A DNA stretch of 64,000 nt from NCBI GenBank assembly GCA_010093705.1, contig MU006094.1, forward strand, positions 1,215,550 to 1,279,549. Reading direction: 5' to 3'. Position numbers and translations under genes: made by a program. The stretch's first letter is position 1; every line of letters starts with the position of its first letter. The stretch comes from Patellaria atrata CBS 101060. Taxonomy: Eukaryota. Of the stretch, positions 13,085-24,847 are shown piece after piece. The notes below the pieces were generated by a model that saw only the letters and a list, made by a program, of their open reading frames with translations, had not been told where the DNA came from and did not search any database.

Positions 13085-14265
13085 TTAGGGCCATCCCCTA
13101 TTTTGTTCTTGCTTCCACTGCAAGTCGAGGAGGTTTAGGTGCTCGTCGATTACGTTTCCTATTTCCTTTACCTTCACGTTCGTTTGAATAGATTTTGTTT
13201 CAGCAAAATTGATTCGGGACGCCGAGTGCAAATATATATCGTCAGTCACGGGTTTGATCTTGATAGACTGATATATAAAGGGGGGTTCTCCAGTAATGGG
13301 TTGGGGTTCATATTCAGAGGTGTATATGATACCGTGCTCTCTGGCTTTCTCCGGGCATTTTGTGCACCCTCGTTGGCTGTACGTAGAAACAGGTCTGCAA
13401 AGGTAAGTTCTCGTTTGACGTATACATCTCCAAGATACTTACAGTGCAAGACAAAACCCCCTACGTTCCTGCACTACAACAAATCTTCGGATATCCGTGT
13501 ATGCGTATTCCCCGTACCGAACAACAGAGACGTTTGGGTTGCTGAGATCGGGATTGGCAGTAGCACCCATACCTTCCGTGAACAAACACGCAAACATCTT
13601 CCATAAGGTTAGACTTTTCCTGGCTAGAAGACTCCTCACGTACCTTTCCCTGCACAAAGAACGTTCGAGGCCTGACAAAATAATCTAGCCACAAGTCAAT
13701 AATCTCTCTAGAGTGTAAGCGAGTCAGCAATACTTGAGTCCAGTGCCTCAAATTGCCCCAATGTTCCGGTTATGGTATTCTGTGGAAGTTCGCTATCCAC
13801 ATTTGACGGGACTTGTCTACAATTTCAGTATCATTGAAAGTCTAGAGAGCTCAGCAGTGACTACCTGCATATAGCTGCCTAGGGGCGTTGTTACCCTGAC
13901 GCGGGTTGAATGAGGGATTGTACGAGTCGTACTGCGAATAAGGCGTTTGAAGGGATTGAGGATAATTTACGTGTCCCTGAGCCTGCGTTGCATAATGGGA
14001 ATAATATTCCCCACCAGAGGGATAGGCATTGATGGGAGGCGTCGCCGTTTCCACGCTAGAACTAGTATTCTGAGGGACACTTGGAGAAGTGAGCCGGAGA
14101 GAAGGATTTAGTTTTGTTATCTGACGAATATACCTAGAATCCTGCCGTGGAGCCCAGATAGGTCGGTATATTTGTCGGTCTGTTAGAACTATGAGATCAA
14201 TGTATATAGGGTGGTCAACGATGGAGCATTACCTGCATCCCCTTCATGTCTAAAATAATTCCCAT
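13085..14265 (-). pseudogene. DUF6590-like protein gene, degenerate
   Basis: Motifs FFVQGK|VFACLFTE, YGEYAYTDIRRFVVV, STYSQRG...EHGIIYT, SRINFA, NVKVKEIGNV across introns. Frameshift near 13200. Start uncertain. Confidence 0.6.
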
Positions 14266-15230
14266 GATTATTATCAATGGACCACGCAGTGGGATTAGCC
14301 ATAGCGTAAGAGGTAGCGATAGCTACTTGAACTGAAAATTGTATTGTACGTACTCGTACGATGAATTCATCGACAGTATGGGATCCATTAGGAAGAACAA
14401 AGGATGGATAGATACATATACCGAACTCTTTCGACTAGATAAAATGCGGCTCTACCTGAGGGTCTTTAAAGCGGCCCAGAGTTGCTTGATCTTTGGCGCA
14501 TTGATATTATCAAGTTTAACTTTGTGTAGGGGATGAATGGAAACTCATTGGATGGACGCATCGAATTCAACTCGTTCGCTTCCCAAATAGGCTGCGTATG
14601 CATGTTTTAGAGAAACGAGCAATTATGTAGTACTATACTGTACATAATCCGTTCTGATATTCCATCCCCATACGTTCACGTTGTTGGGTGTTGTCTGTTG
14701 TCTATGGGTTTTGAAGCGGGTTAGCAGGCGGCTATGTCGGCAAATCCTGCCACACTCTTTTACGACAGGGTTATTTAATTACCCTCGTACTCGTACCGGT
14801 AATTACGAGGTACTTCTTACCTTACCTTTCGGTCTTCCCTGAGCTGTATTGAAACACGTCCGATACGCTCAATATTACACACTGTTCGATTCCCTTGCTG
14901 AATGGGGCTCAAGGACAGGGCTAACCATAAACCGGACTGTGATAGACCCAGACACGCGTGTTACAATGATTAGTTCTAGTTGACCCACTGGATGAAGCTG
15001 AACGGACACTTCGCGATGTTTTCGAATGCCAACGAAGAGTAAAACACATTCTTCGTTCCATGCAAGGTTGGACATGGCAACAGATGCTCGTCCTTCCTTC
15101 ACTGATAAAGTCCATATCTTGCGCTGATGGTTATCCTAACAACACCAGTCTCCACGAAACGCAGCCTCGAATCTAAGTAGAATCAGCAACAAGCGACGAT
15201 TACACCCTCTTCGGGATTCATGTTGAGGAT

Positions 15231-16820
15231 ATGAAATTCTGCTCCTCCCCTTCCTTCAACCCAATGGGTCGGACAAGCTCAAGCTCTAAGAAACCGGATA
15301 CACCAGAGTGTATATTCATAAACCAGGTTAGGGAAAAGCAAGAAAAGTTATGCGGCGACAGAGAGGCAACAGTTCTTCAGCGTCTAAATCTCCGTGAAGC
15401 TCGATTCGACCTTCGTCAGAGTCGCAAAAAGCTCCTGGATGCTTTGGCACAGCTAGTTGGCGGAATTCGTCGTGAATTCGCTACCCATCCCGACTTCATT
15501 GGTTCAGAAAATCTGTCAAAGAATTATGAGGAGTTTCAGAGGGAACACGATAATTACGGAATTCAGGAAGCAGACTATGAGTCCTCAGAAGATTCCTACA
15601 ACGCAAAAGAATGGAATTTTGACAAGGAGGAGAAGGCGTTCTCTAGCATGCTCAGTATCCCAATTCCTGAAGATGAATTGGATGAATTCTACGACACCTA
15701 TCTCAAAGACCCTATTACATTGAACCAGCTACACCCGCTCCCTCCTCCGCCACCTCCGAATTATACATTTCCGTTCCCACCTCCGCCGCCTCACAATTAT
15801 ACATTTCCTTTTGAAAATCCCCCTCCGCGACCCCCGAATTATACATCTCCGCCCCCACCTCCCCCTCCACTGCATCCGAACTATACGGTTCCGGCCCCAC
15901 CTCCTCCACCGCCTATACCTGATATGTCCTTAGCTAAACCCGACGGACAGGGAACACTCGAATCACCTCCTTCATCTCCACCACCTCTCTCTTTCCCATG
16001 GAAGTCTTACCAGACTCCTTATAACCATGGAGCCAATTCCCAGATTTATCTTCCTGCCGATTCCGACTCGAACAGATCACGGGTAGATAGCTCTACTGTC
16101 GCCCGGTATCTCTTCTCCGTTGAGAAAGCTGAGCATATAAGGGAAGACCTTGTGGATCTGCGTTCCAAAAAAGTAGAACTTCTGGAAATCAGTGACAATT
16201 TTAAGGACGTCAATATTTCGTCGGAACTGGCGGAAGAGATAGACAACGAATACACTGACAAGCTGGACGAGTCATTCCACGCTGAGAGCGACATTCAGAC
16301 ACTGGAATTTTCTATCCTTGCTGGGGAAAATCCCCTCAAACCGATCTTGCCATGGTTTTTGCTCAATCATGGTGCAGTCGATACCAACGTTTTGGTTTAT
16401 GGGAAGTCCAAGAGCGAAGCGGACCTCCCTGATATCAAAGATAGGCTTCCAGAAGTTTGTTCTCAGGTAAATAATTGGATTGGTGTCACGTTCAAGGACT
16501 CCCCTTTAGAACGGGCTCGACAAAAAGCCATCCTAGACAATCCAACCATGACTGATTTAGAATTGTTCCGCCTAATTAAACATATCTGGAATAAAACAGC
16601 CATAGCAGACCCAAACATTGCGATTTTCGACAAATCAGTTATGGGAACAACTACATCTCCAACAACGATGAAATATTCGCCTCAATCAGCACTTTCTTCG
16701 AAGAAGCGAGCTGCTAGTCATAACGGTCTATCTATAGGACGTCGGCACATACTGAAGGATGGACATCTAACAGATATATGGGCCTCAGTTACTGTCAGAT
16801 CTCACGCTATAACTGTTTGA
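15231..16820 (+). CDS. Hypothetical protein with coiled-coil segments and a central poly-proline NYT repeat
   Basis: 529-aa uninterrupted ORF; no family recognised. Confidence 0.7.
   Translation: MKFCSSPSFNPMGRTSSSSKKPDTPECIFINQVREKQEKLCGDREATVLQRLNLREARFDLRQSRKKLLDALAQLVGGIRREFATHPDFIGSENLSKNYEEFQREHDNYGIQEADYESSEDSYNAKEWNFDKEEKAFSSMLSIPIPEDELDEFYDTYLKDPITLNQLHPLPPPPPPNYTFPFPPPPPHNYTFPFENPPPRPPNYTSPPPPPPPLHPNYTVPAPPPPPPIPDMSLAKPDGQGTLESPPSSPPPLSFPWKSYQTPYNHGANSQIYLPADSDSNRSRVDSSTVARYLFSVEKAEHIREDLVDLRSKKVELLEISDNFKDVNISSELAEEIDNEYTDKLDESFHAESDIQTLEFSILAGENPLKPILPWFLLNHGAVDTNVLVYGKSKSEADLPDIKDRLPEVCSQVNNWIGVTFKDSPLERARQKAILDNPTMTDLELFRLIKHIWNKTAIADPNIAIFDKSVMGTTTSPTTMKYSPQSALSSKKRAASHNGLSIGRRHILKDGHLTDIWASVTVRSHAITV
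15738..15920 (+). repeat. Coding tandem repeat, 4 x P(n)-NYT unit
   Basis: AATTATACAT/AACTATACGG recurs four times between poly-Pro codons. Confidence 0.75.
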
Positions 16821-18747
16821 AGCTCTCAGTGAACAAAGGGTGCAGTCTTATCTTTTTTTCCTAGTAGGAAGTATACCTCTCGTCGAAATGTTCAGCACAC
16901 TTGTATTTCATTTCAGATTGTTCAAATCTGCTCTATTTCCTTTTGGGGTTTTCAAACCTCGCTTTATATTACTTACCACTGCTTTTATTATACGGTATTT
17001 TCGGCGTCCCGCGGAACCACTCTTCAAAAGGTGTCCGTGTCTTAACCCCTCTTCCACAGCGTGCATACTGCACATGCGGTAGGTCATCTGAACATGATAC
17101 TCACATTTACAATGCCAAGTGCTTTTTGAGCCTCAACTTACGAGCAACCCGCCTTCCACCATCTATCTGGACCTCTAGAGTCTCAGACTGAAAGCCAGCG
17201 CACCCTGGAAGCCCTTAGAGTGTGCTCCCACACTTCGCCAGGGAAAAGCAACACAGTTGTGGTTTCAGGCAATTGATCCGCCGTTCTCCATCTATTTCAT
17301 TGGCGAACCTCTTTTCCGCATGGAGTCTACCACTTAATCTCAAATAACAGGTATCCAATCACGCATATGTGGCATGTATTCCCGTCTGTCACCATTGATA
17401 AGACCCCACGTTCCACAGTGTTGGCAAACATAACTGGGAAGCATTAAGCGCGCTGTGCGTTTTACAGGGCTCGATTCAGGACGGGACGGCACGCCTTGGA
17501 TTACTCCATCACCAGGTCTCACCCCCAACTTTGTTGCCGTTGACGAGGATATACAGGAGTAGTAGACAGCCTTGCGATTCTGTTTGTTCCGGTTGCGCGC
17601 GTTCCACGACGCCGGACCGCTGTGCGCCCATGTCCCCACCTTATCGTTCGAATCAGAGTTGGGTCGAATGCTGGAAGGGAGGTGCCGTGGCTTATAGGAT
17701 GCGGGAGGTCACAATTCCCGTGAGGCGCAGCAGATCCCGGGAGGATGGGGATTTCCAATATTTTGTAACCATGTTTTCGGGATCTAGCCTGAAAGAGGAA
17801 ACTTTGCATCTCATATACTTGTAATGAAATAAGCAAAAAGGCAAATATGGTACTTGGTATCGTTTTGTCTGATTGGTGGTACAGAATACCTACCTTCTCG
17901 GGTAGGGCTTGCACGGCGTCTTTGCTTGTGGTTGGCTGCCCCAATAGGTACTAGTAACAACCTTCTTCCGATGTCACTCAAAGAAGATACATGTTTACAA
18001 TTCACGTTGCAAGGTAAGAGTAATAGATTTCAAAGAATAAGTTAGATCGTATAAAACTACTGTTCGTTTCTATCTCGCACTTTCGATTCCAGTATCATCA
18101 TGTCTCACCGCTGTGAATTGTTCTCTCATCCTACTAAGCCATTATACATGCGGATATAAGATATCAGATTCGCACAACACTGTTGCCTACCCAAATCCTC
18201 TTCGTGACTCATCAGTCCTCCTTTCTTTTCAGCTAGGCAATGACGTTGTGTTGCTTCGATATACTCTCTACGAACTCTTAGAAACCCATATCTCACTCCC
18301 AGTTTTATAAGCGACTTGCGCGAATGCCTATTTCAACCAACCAGGCAATGGTATTGTATTTCTTCAAGTAAGCAGAATAATAAAGAAGTAGAAACCATGC
18401 CTATTGCTTCTTTTTCTCTCCCTCCAACCTAAGAACCGCCAGTCACATCACTGAAAATTAGGCTTCCCTTATATCACATATCTCCCAGTCCAGTTCCTTA
18501 CGGCCCACTCGTTTGACATGACACGCGAAAGAGCACAGGTTAGCTTGCCTACCGGGATAGCAGATTGACAGTTCCACAGCATGTAAGAACAATAACGCAA
18601 AGCCCAAAAATACACGAACACAATTCAACCCGAATAAGAATAAATACTTCGCTACGTCTGCTACGCGCAATCAAACCGCAACCCCATCACCACCACCCCA
18701 AAAAAGGCCTATAAAACTAGACCAGAAAAATAAAAATAAAATTAAAG

Positions 18748-18901
18748 CCAAAACAGTTCCCACACCCTCCGAAGAGGGTGTGGTACATCTGCTGCCCGCG
18801 CAGGGGTTCAAGAAATTTGGGGGCCCTTTTGGCCCCCTCGGGAGTCGACCCCGGGGCTGTCGTGTGATGCCTGGTGGCGCTACCACCATGCTACCCCGGG
18901 C
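18748..18901 (-). ncRNA. tRNA-derived Pol III-type element (SINE-like head + hairpin tail)
   Basis: Minus strand: A box TAGCATGGTGG, B box GGGTCGACTCC at tRNA spacing. D and T arms pair, anticodon and acceptor stems do not. Downstream 10-bp hairpin with TTCG loop, then TTTT. Confidence 0.5.
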
Positions 18902-20213
18902 TATGGTATTTGCCCTGCCGCAGTTTTACTTCTAACGTGTTGGTCACGGGGGTTGGGTTTACTGCGGGATGGGGGGATCGGGACTTGAGAGGGATGTGAG
19001 AGAGATGGAATAGGGACATTCGTACGCCTGGAGAATTATGTCCGTATTGTGAGTCTTTCTCCTGGGAGAACTCTGTATGTGAGAGCGGTATTAGGGACTA
19101 GGACAAATAGTAAGCTCAGTAATTGTACATATACAATATCGTAGCCAAGTCTACATAGGTCTACACCTATTCGTTTAACGACAAGGCCCCACCTGGCTTC
19201 CTCCCCTTTTCTTTCTCATTTCATAACCAACGAGATCTCACAACTATCTCATTGCTCATATGTGCACTTGGATCAAGACGGAAAGGGACGAACATCACAA
19301 GAGAAAGTGAGGTATCAGTATCAGAATTACCTCGTTCAAGGACATGATATTGCTATCTAGATAAGCTTCCTAGACCTAAGTCCTAGTTCTTCTATATAGC
19401 ACCGCTAGACCAGAAGAAAAGAGGTGCAATAATCAAAGGAGCATCCTTAGCCAAGCTCGATAGTAATTCATCTGTTCTTGTATGTTTAGAGATTAATTTC
19501 ATCAGAGTGGATTTTCCAGATCCAGCTTTCCCGTTAATCCAGTAGCAACCTTTACTGTCTTTCAACCAACCCGAAAGATTATCCTACTGTTTGAATTCAC
19601 CTCCGTCATCCCCTTCGCAGCCGTACCCTCCTTCACTATCGAAGTTTTCTTAAATATTGTAGAATCTTGCAGTAACGTTCTCTATGCACCGAGAAACATC
19701 ACAATATAAATTTCAATTCCGGTTCAGAGCTTTTCAGACACCTAGTTATGCCCCGTTAAGATCTGTGAAGCGTTAACCTCAAAGATGTTTCAATTTCGGA
19801 TGACACATACAATCACTACTCACATGTTTGCTGCGGTCCGTACCAGACAGTTCCAAATTGAGAAATTAATATCAGTATTACGGTTGGATGTATGCTCATA
19901 GTTAAAGGACCTTGATCGTTAAAGGATATTTTCCCGCAATTATCTGCATCTCTCGATACCTCGACGCTTGTCAAGATAGTACTAGTAGCCTCTTGGATAT
20001 GAAGTATAGAGAGACTTTCCTGACTGGAAAATTCCATACCATTTGTTCCCGCCGATACGATGAAGTCAGAGATAACTTAGCGGAATACAGAACAGTAGGT
20101 GAGGAATACCCTTAAGGAAAGGGATACTTTCTCATGCTATGCTAAACTTTGTTATGCAGTCTGGAAACCAGCCTCTGCAGGTATCTCGATCTCGAGTCAC
20201 AGACGGTACTCCG

Positions 20214-22197
20214 TTAAGAAGTCCTCAATCTCTTCCCCGCCGGTTCACCACCCTTAGCTTCAACAGGGATGGTCCAATTGTGCTTCAGATTGTCATTGAC
20301 CCTTGCTTCTTCATGGCTTGATTGGGTTACATCCGTCTGTTTAGTGCTCCCTTCATCCTTCTCCTTCTTCTCCTTACCTGTCTTCAGCGGCCAAGGAGCA
20401 GAAATAGAAAAAGAAACAACCTCATACCGCTGTCGCTGTTTGCTGGGCGACCCTGCTTCATTTGATCCAAAAGAGTTCCCCGCATCATCATCGCCGTTCT
20501 CGAAATACGGTGCCAGAGCTTTCTCCAGCCTCTTCGCGTCCATCTCTCTCTTATCTTTTGAAAAGATGGATTTGTGCGAGAGGTCCTTCTTCTCCGGGTC
20601 CTCGTTTGCAGCTCCACTATTTGGAGCAGGGAAATCCTCTTCTTCGACAGCTTCGGAGAAGGCCCACATCTCTTCCGCCTCACCCCTCATAAGAGCAGTC
20701 AACCATAGAGACAGGAGCACCGTAGGGACAAGGTAGAGGAGTGCGGGTTGTGCATGATTTGACCATTGCATACCTATAAGTGTGGCAAGCATACCGATTA
20801 CATACCCGAAGATACTTACCTTGAAGTACGTCTTGGGAAACGCTGGGGACGAAAAGGAAGGCGGTGTCGTCGAGTGCGGAGTGAGTTTGGAGGGGACACG
20901 CGATTTCCCAAACCAGGACGTGGTCCAGAAAACATCACCCCAATGATGTGTGAGGGGATGGTACTCTGATTTTTCAACGCAGATTGAAGACTGAGAGATA
21001 TTTGTATCTTCAGTTTTGGAATCAGAGGTTGACTCTGTGGAAGGCGATGTGTGGTGGACTTTCTGCTTGCGCAGATAGTGCAAGTACAGGTCAAACCGCA
21101 AAGCTAAACCAATCATGATTCCAGGAAGGACAACATCGCCAAGACCGAGCATGGCATGGGATACTTTGATCGCATCTGGAGCCTTGGGTCTTGGAAACAC
21201 TAGTTTGATGGGAATATCTAAAGATGTAGCTACTGTGACCATCATGGGACTATCCAGGTCAGACTTCTGAACAATCAAACATAGATTGAGTAACTTACGT
21301 GTAGAAGACAAAGTAGATATCATAGAAGAACAGTGCAGCTAGTATCAAGCTACCTGTCCCGAACGTTGTAGGTGAGAGTAACTGCAACGCACCATATGCG
21401 AAAGCAAAACCCATGAGATTTGTTAGATACCATGGCTTGTCAACAAAATTGAAGTATGCAACAACTCCCAGTCCGGTGAATAACCCAAGAATCCCATGGA
21501 TACCCAGACGGACCTTGAAAAATACCAATCGGTGGATATATGTTCGTATACTCCACTTTTGCTTTGGTAGTTCCCTCACAGACCATAGTAAGTTGGTGAG
21601 TCGTTTTGACAACGGTATATAGGCCAGAAATCCCGGCAACGGCGTGTTTCTAGGGCTCTTTCCTTCCTCCTTAACTTGATCCACATTATCTGGGATCATC
21701 TTCTTCTCCGAGGCTCTTGCTTTCCATAGAATGCCACTATCAACATAGACGCGAGGAAATATTAGACTGTGTACCACATCCATACCATCGGTCAATAGCT
21801 TCCCAACGCTAGCCAGTCCAAAGATGGCGAAATACCAATTCAGGATCTTATTGAGAAGTGTGGGATCTTGCAACCACTTGAGCAAGAAGTACAGCCCTGC
21901 TAACGTGCAACCAGCAAACAAGGGCATCATGAGTGCATCTGTTGGACTTAGGCCCTCCATCTTTTGGGCGGTTTCTGTCTCTTCGTCTTCGCTCTCCTCA
22001 TGATCAATATCCTTCTTCTCGTTCTTTATTGGCTTTGCAGCGGATGCAGGGCGTGAGAGCGACGCATGAGCTCCAACGTAGATAGGAAATAGAGCAGAGA
22101 GGATCAGATGGATGTAAGTAGGTATCAATGGTTGGATCTCTGCAAATTCGAACGCGAGGCGACCGAGCAGTTCAGTGATGGGTCCTGGTTCTGCCAT
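20214..22197 (-). CDS. sppA: Signal peptide peptidase (A22B intramembrane aspartyl protease)
   Basis: FFYDIYFVF (YD), LGLGDVVLPG (GxGD), QPALLY. Intron 21250..21298 joins ORFs 21295..22269 and 20214..21323. ATG 22197. Confidence 0.95.
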
Positions 22198-23495
22198 GAT
22201 ACGATTTAGGCACAAGTTGTTGTGAGAATTTTTAGGAAAAGACGTAAGGGGGATACAACCCCACAGCACCTGTATGATTTGATAATGTTTTTGTGAGCCT
22301 AGACATCAGTGAACTGGGTAAGAAAGTTGTCTTTCAAATGGTGGGACGAAACGCGCCGAATTAGGTTGACGTCGCGGCGCGGAGTTTTTCCGCTCTCACT
22401 CAAAGTGAAGATATATCACATTATTTTATGAATATATTTTAGAACAATCATTACACAATTTTTGGAAATATCACCTACGCTAGCAGTTTTAATCTAGAGT
22501 GTGACCATATATTGAGCTGACTAGACATCAAGACAACCTCACCTCACTTCGCAATGTATTTGAGACTGTTTTAAGAATGGCACGAGTAGGTACCTATTTG
22601 ATTGTCTATCTCATCATCACCCGGGACTGCCTCTATATACAATGTCCTCTTATCATACACATGTTTCGTCTTGTCCATGAACACTGCGGACCGTTATGCT
22701 GCGGTCTGGACCAACTCCGTCACCTTCTGCTCTATGCCCTTGTCGTCTAAGCCTAGATATTACATCAGTAGCTGTCGAATAATCGTATTTGCGCGATACC
22801 CACCATCGAGGGATACTTTCTTCTCCTTTCCGAACTCTACGTATGCTTATTAGCTCCTTACCGTACTAACAGAGGTCCCGTAAGGTGGATGTCGCCATAC
22901 CGTATCGTGCGTATACCACGGGTTGCACATTCAAGGCCTCCCTTATCATGATCGGAGTATGTGGATTGTGTTTCTTCATCGTCGGATACGTTCTCGTGAG
23001 GAAAGACCTATAACGCCATAAACAATTAGCTCCATCTAATGATGAACCCCATACAAATCCCAATTGATGCCCCATACCTCGTCGCAGCACTGTGATCCGA
23101 AGTCTGACACAACAAGAACCTCAATTCCCTCAAGCTCTGCGTAAAAGCATATTTCGACGCCATTGTCACACCCTCAAAACGATATCCTTCGAATTTGCAG
23201 ATGCTGGAGAGCTTCGCAACGAAGTCGGAGCTCTCAGCGGCCGGAAAAACCTGGTCGGAGGCGGCTCAACCAACCCGAGACCAGCAATTCCATCACAACC
23301 GTCAGCGCGCTTTTCCTCTCCCGGCCCTCCACCTTAACCACCGCCTAAAGTCCGATTAGCAAAGCTCAACATCTTGTTTTCCGACCTCATAGCCATATTA
23401 CCCTCACCGCACCCTCTTCATTCCACTCCCTCGCCAGTTCCCTCCTCCTCAAAGCTCTGTTTTCTTCGTCCCTTTGACCCCCATATCCCGTCACG

Positions 23496-24293
23496 ATGTG
23501 GAAACAACCCGGGCTTCGCGCCTTCAACCAAGCATTCCGAACATCATTCAGAGCACAAACACTGCGCCAACCCATACGAAGACGGCTACAGACTGCGGCA
23601 GAGACGAATGTAGAGCCGCCGAAGCCGACAGGATGGGCCGGGTTCTGGAACAGCGAAGTTGGACCAAAAACTGTGCATTTCTGGTGAGTTATCCATCGCT
23701 CCAACGTTGGGGAGAAACGAGATATATCCGATTCCGGCAATATGACACACGAAAACTTGCCCACAAAATCCCAGCTCGAAGGTCGTAGCGCTGACTATAT
23801 CCTTTCATAGGGCGCCCGTTCTTAAGGTACGACACCATATCCACTTCGCCGAATCGATTCTATACTCAAATCGCCCAATCTTCGGCTCCCCAATGCACAT
23901 ACGCTAACAGAAACAGTGGGCCGTCGTCCTGACCGGTGTATCCGACTTCGCGCGCCCGGCTTCCTCCCTCTCCCTCACCCAAAACGGCGCCCTCATGGCC
24001 ACAGGCGCTATCTGGACTCGCTGGTGCTTGATCATCAAGCCGCGCAACATCGGGTTCGTATCCTTAAACCCTATCCATCCACCCAACTAACAAACGCCCC
24101 CCTGCCATACAGCCTCGCAGCAGTCAACTTCTTCCTCTTCGTCGTCGGTGCGATCCAAGTCAGCCGCATCTTCGCCTATAATCAGTCGCTCAAGAACAGC
24201 TCCCTCCCGACCGAGGCGAAGAGAGCGCTGCACGAGGAGGAGGAGAGCGCAAAGGGCGTCGTTAAGGATACCCAGGGGATCATGAAGGCTTGA
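23496..24293 (+). CDS. MPC2: Mitochondrial pyruvate carrier subunit 2
   Basis: FWNSEVGPKTVHFW|APVLK|WAVVLTGVSDFARP...TGAIWTRWCLIIKPRN...LAAVNFFL over three introns. Confidence 0.93.
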
Positions 24294-24847
24294 GTTCCGG
24301 GTTTGGATGTCGGAATTGGTGTGAAAAGCGTAGATGGGTGTTTTTGAGGTAGAAAGGGAAGGGGTTGAGAGGTAGAGTTTGCGTATGCGTGGAATAGATC
24401 TCCATAGAGGTCAATCGGGGAATCCGAAGATTGTAAATGTTTTAAATGGGAGTGAGTGCTTGGATTGGATAGCACAGTGCTGTCCTTTGCTCGGCGTTCT
24501 GTACTCAAATTCAAAGTTAATTTTGACCAGAGACACGTTACTATGCGTATTTGATTTTCCGTCGCGACAAGTCACTGAAGAAATAGAGCGATGAGACGGA
24601 GAACGATATAAATTAATCCTTCATGAACAACTGGAGTCTATGTACAGTACAGGACACAGTACACACACCAACTCAACAATAACAAAACAAAACCACAACC
24701 TCCAAAGAAAACGGGGGTATCTATACAACGCACATAAAATCCTCCACAACACAAGAAAAAACAAGAGTCCTACCCATCAATAAAGTCGATCTCGCTATCC
24801 CCAACCCCAAATAATAGAACTAAAGAAGAAAAAAAAAATACCACACC

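Noticed and set aside
17340..18045. Overlapping ORFs, possible decayed gene
   Set aside because: Could not build a consistent gene model or recognise a family.
18830..18901. Functional tRNA
   Set aside because: Acceptor and anticodon stems do not pair; kept only as a tRNA-derived element.
23092..23790. Short ORFs upstream of and overlapping MPC2
   Set aside because: No recognisable motifs; they fall in promoter, UTR or intron sequence.
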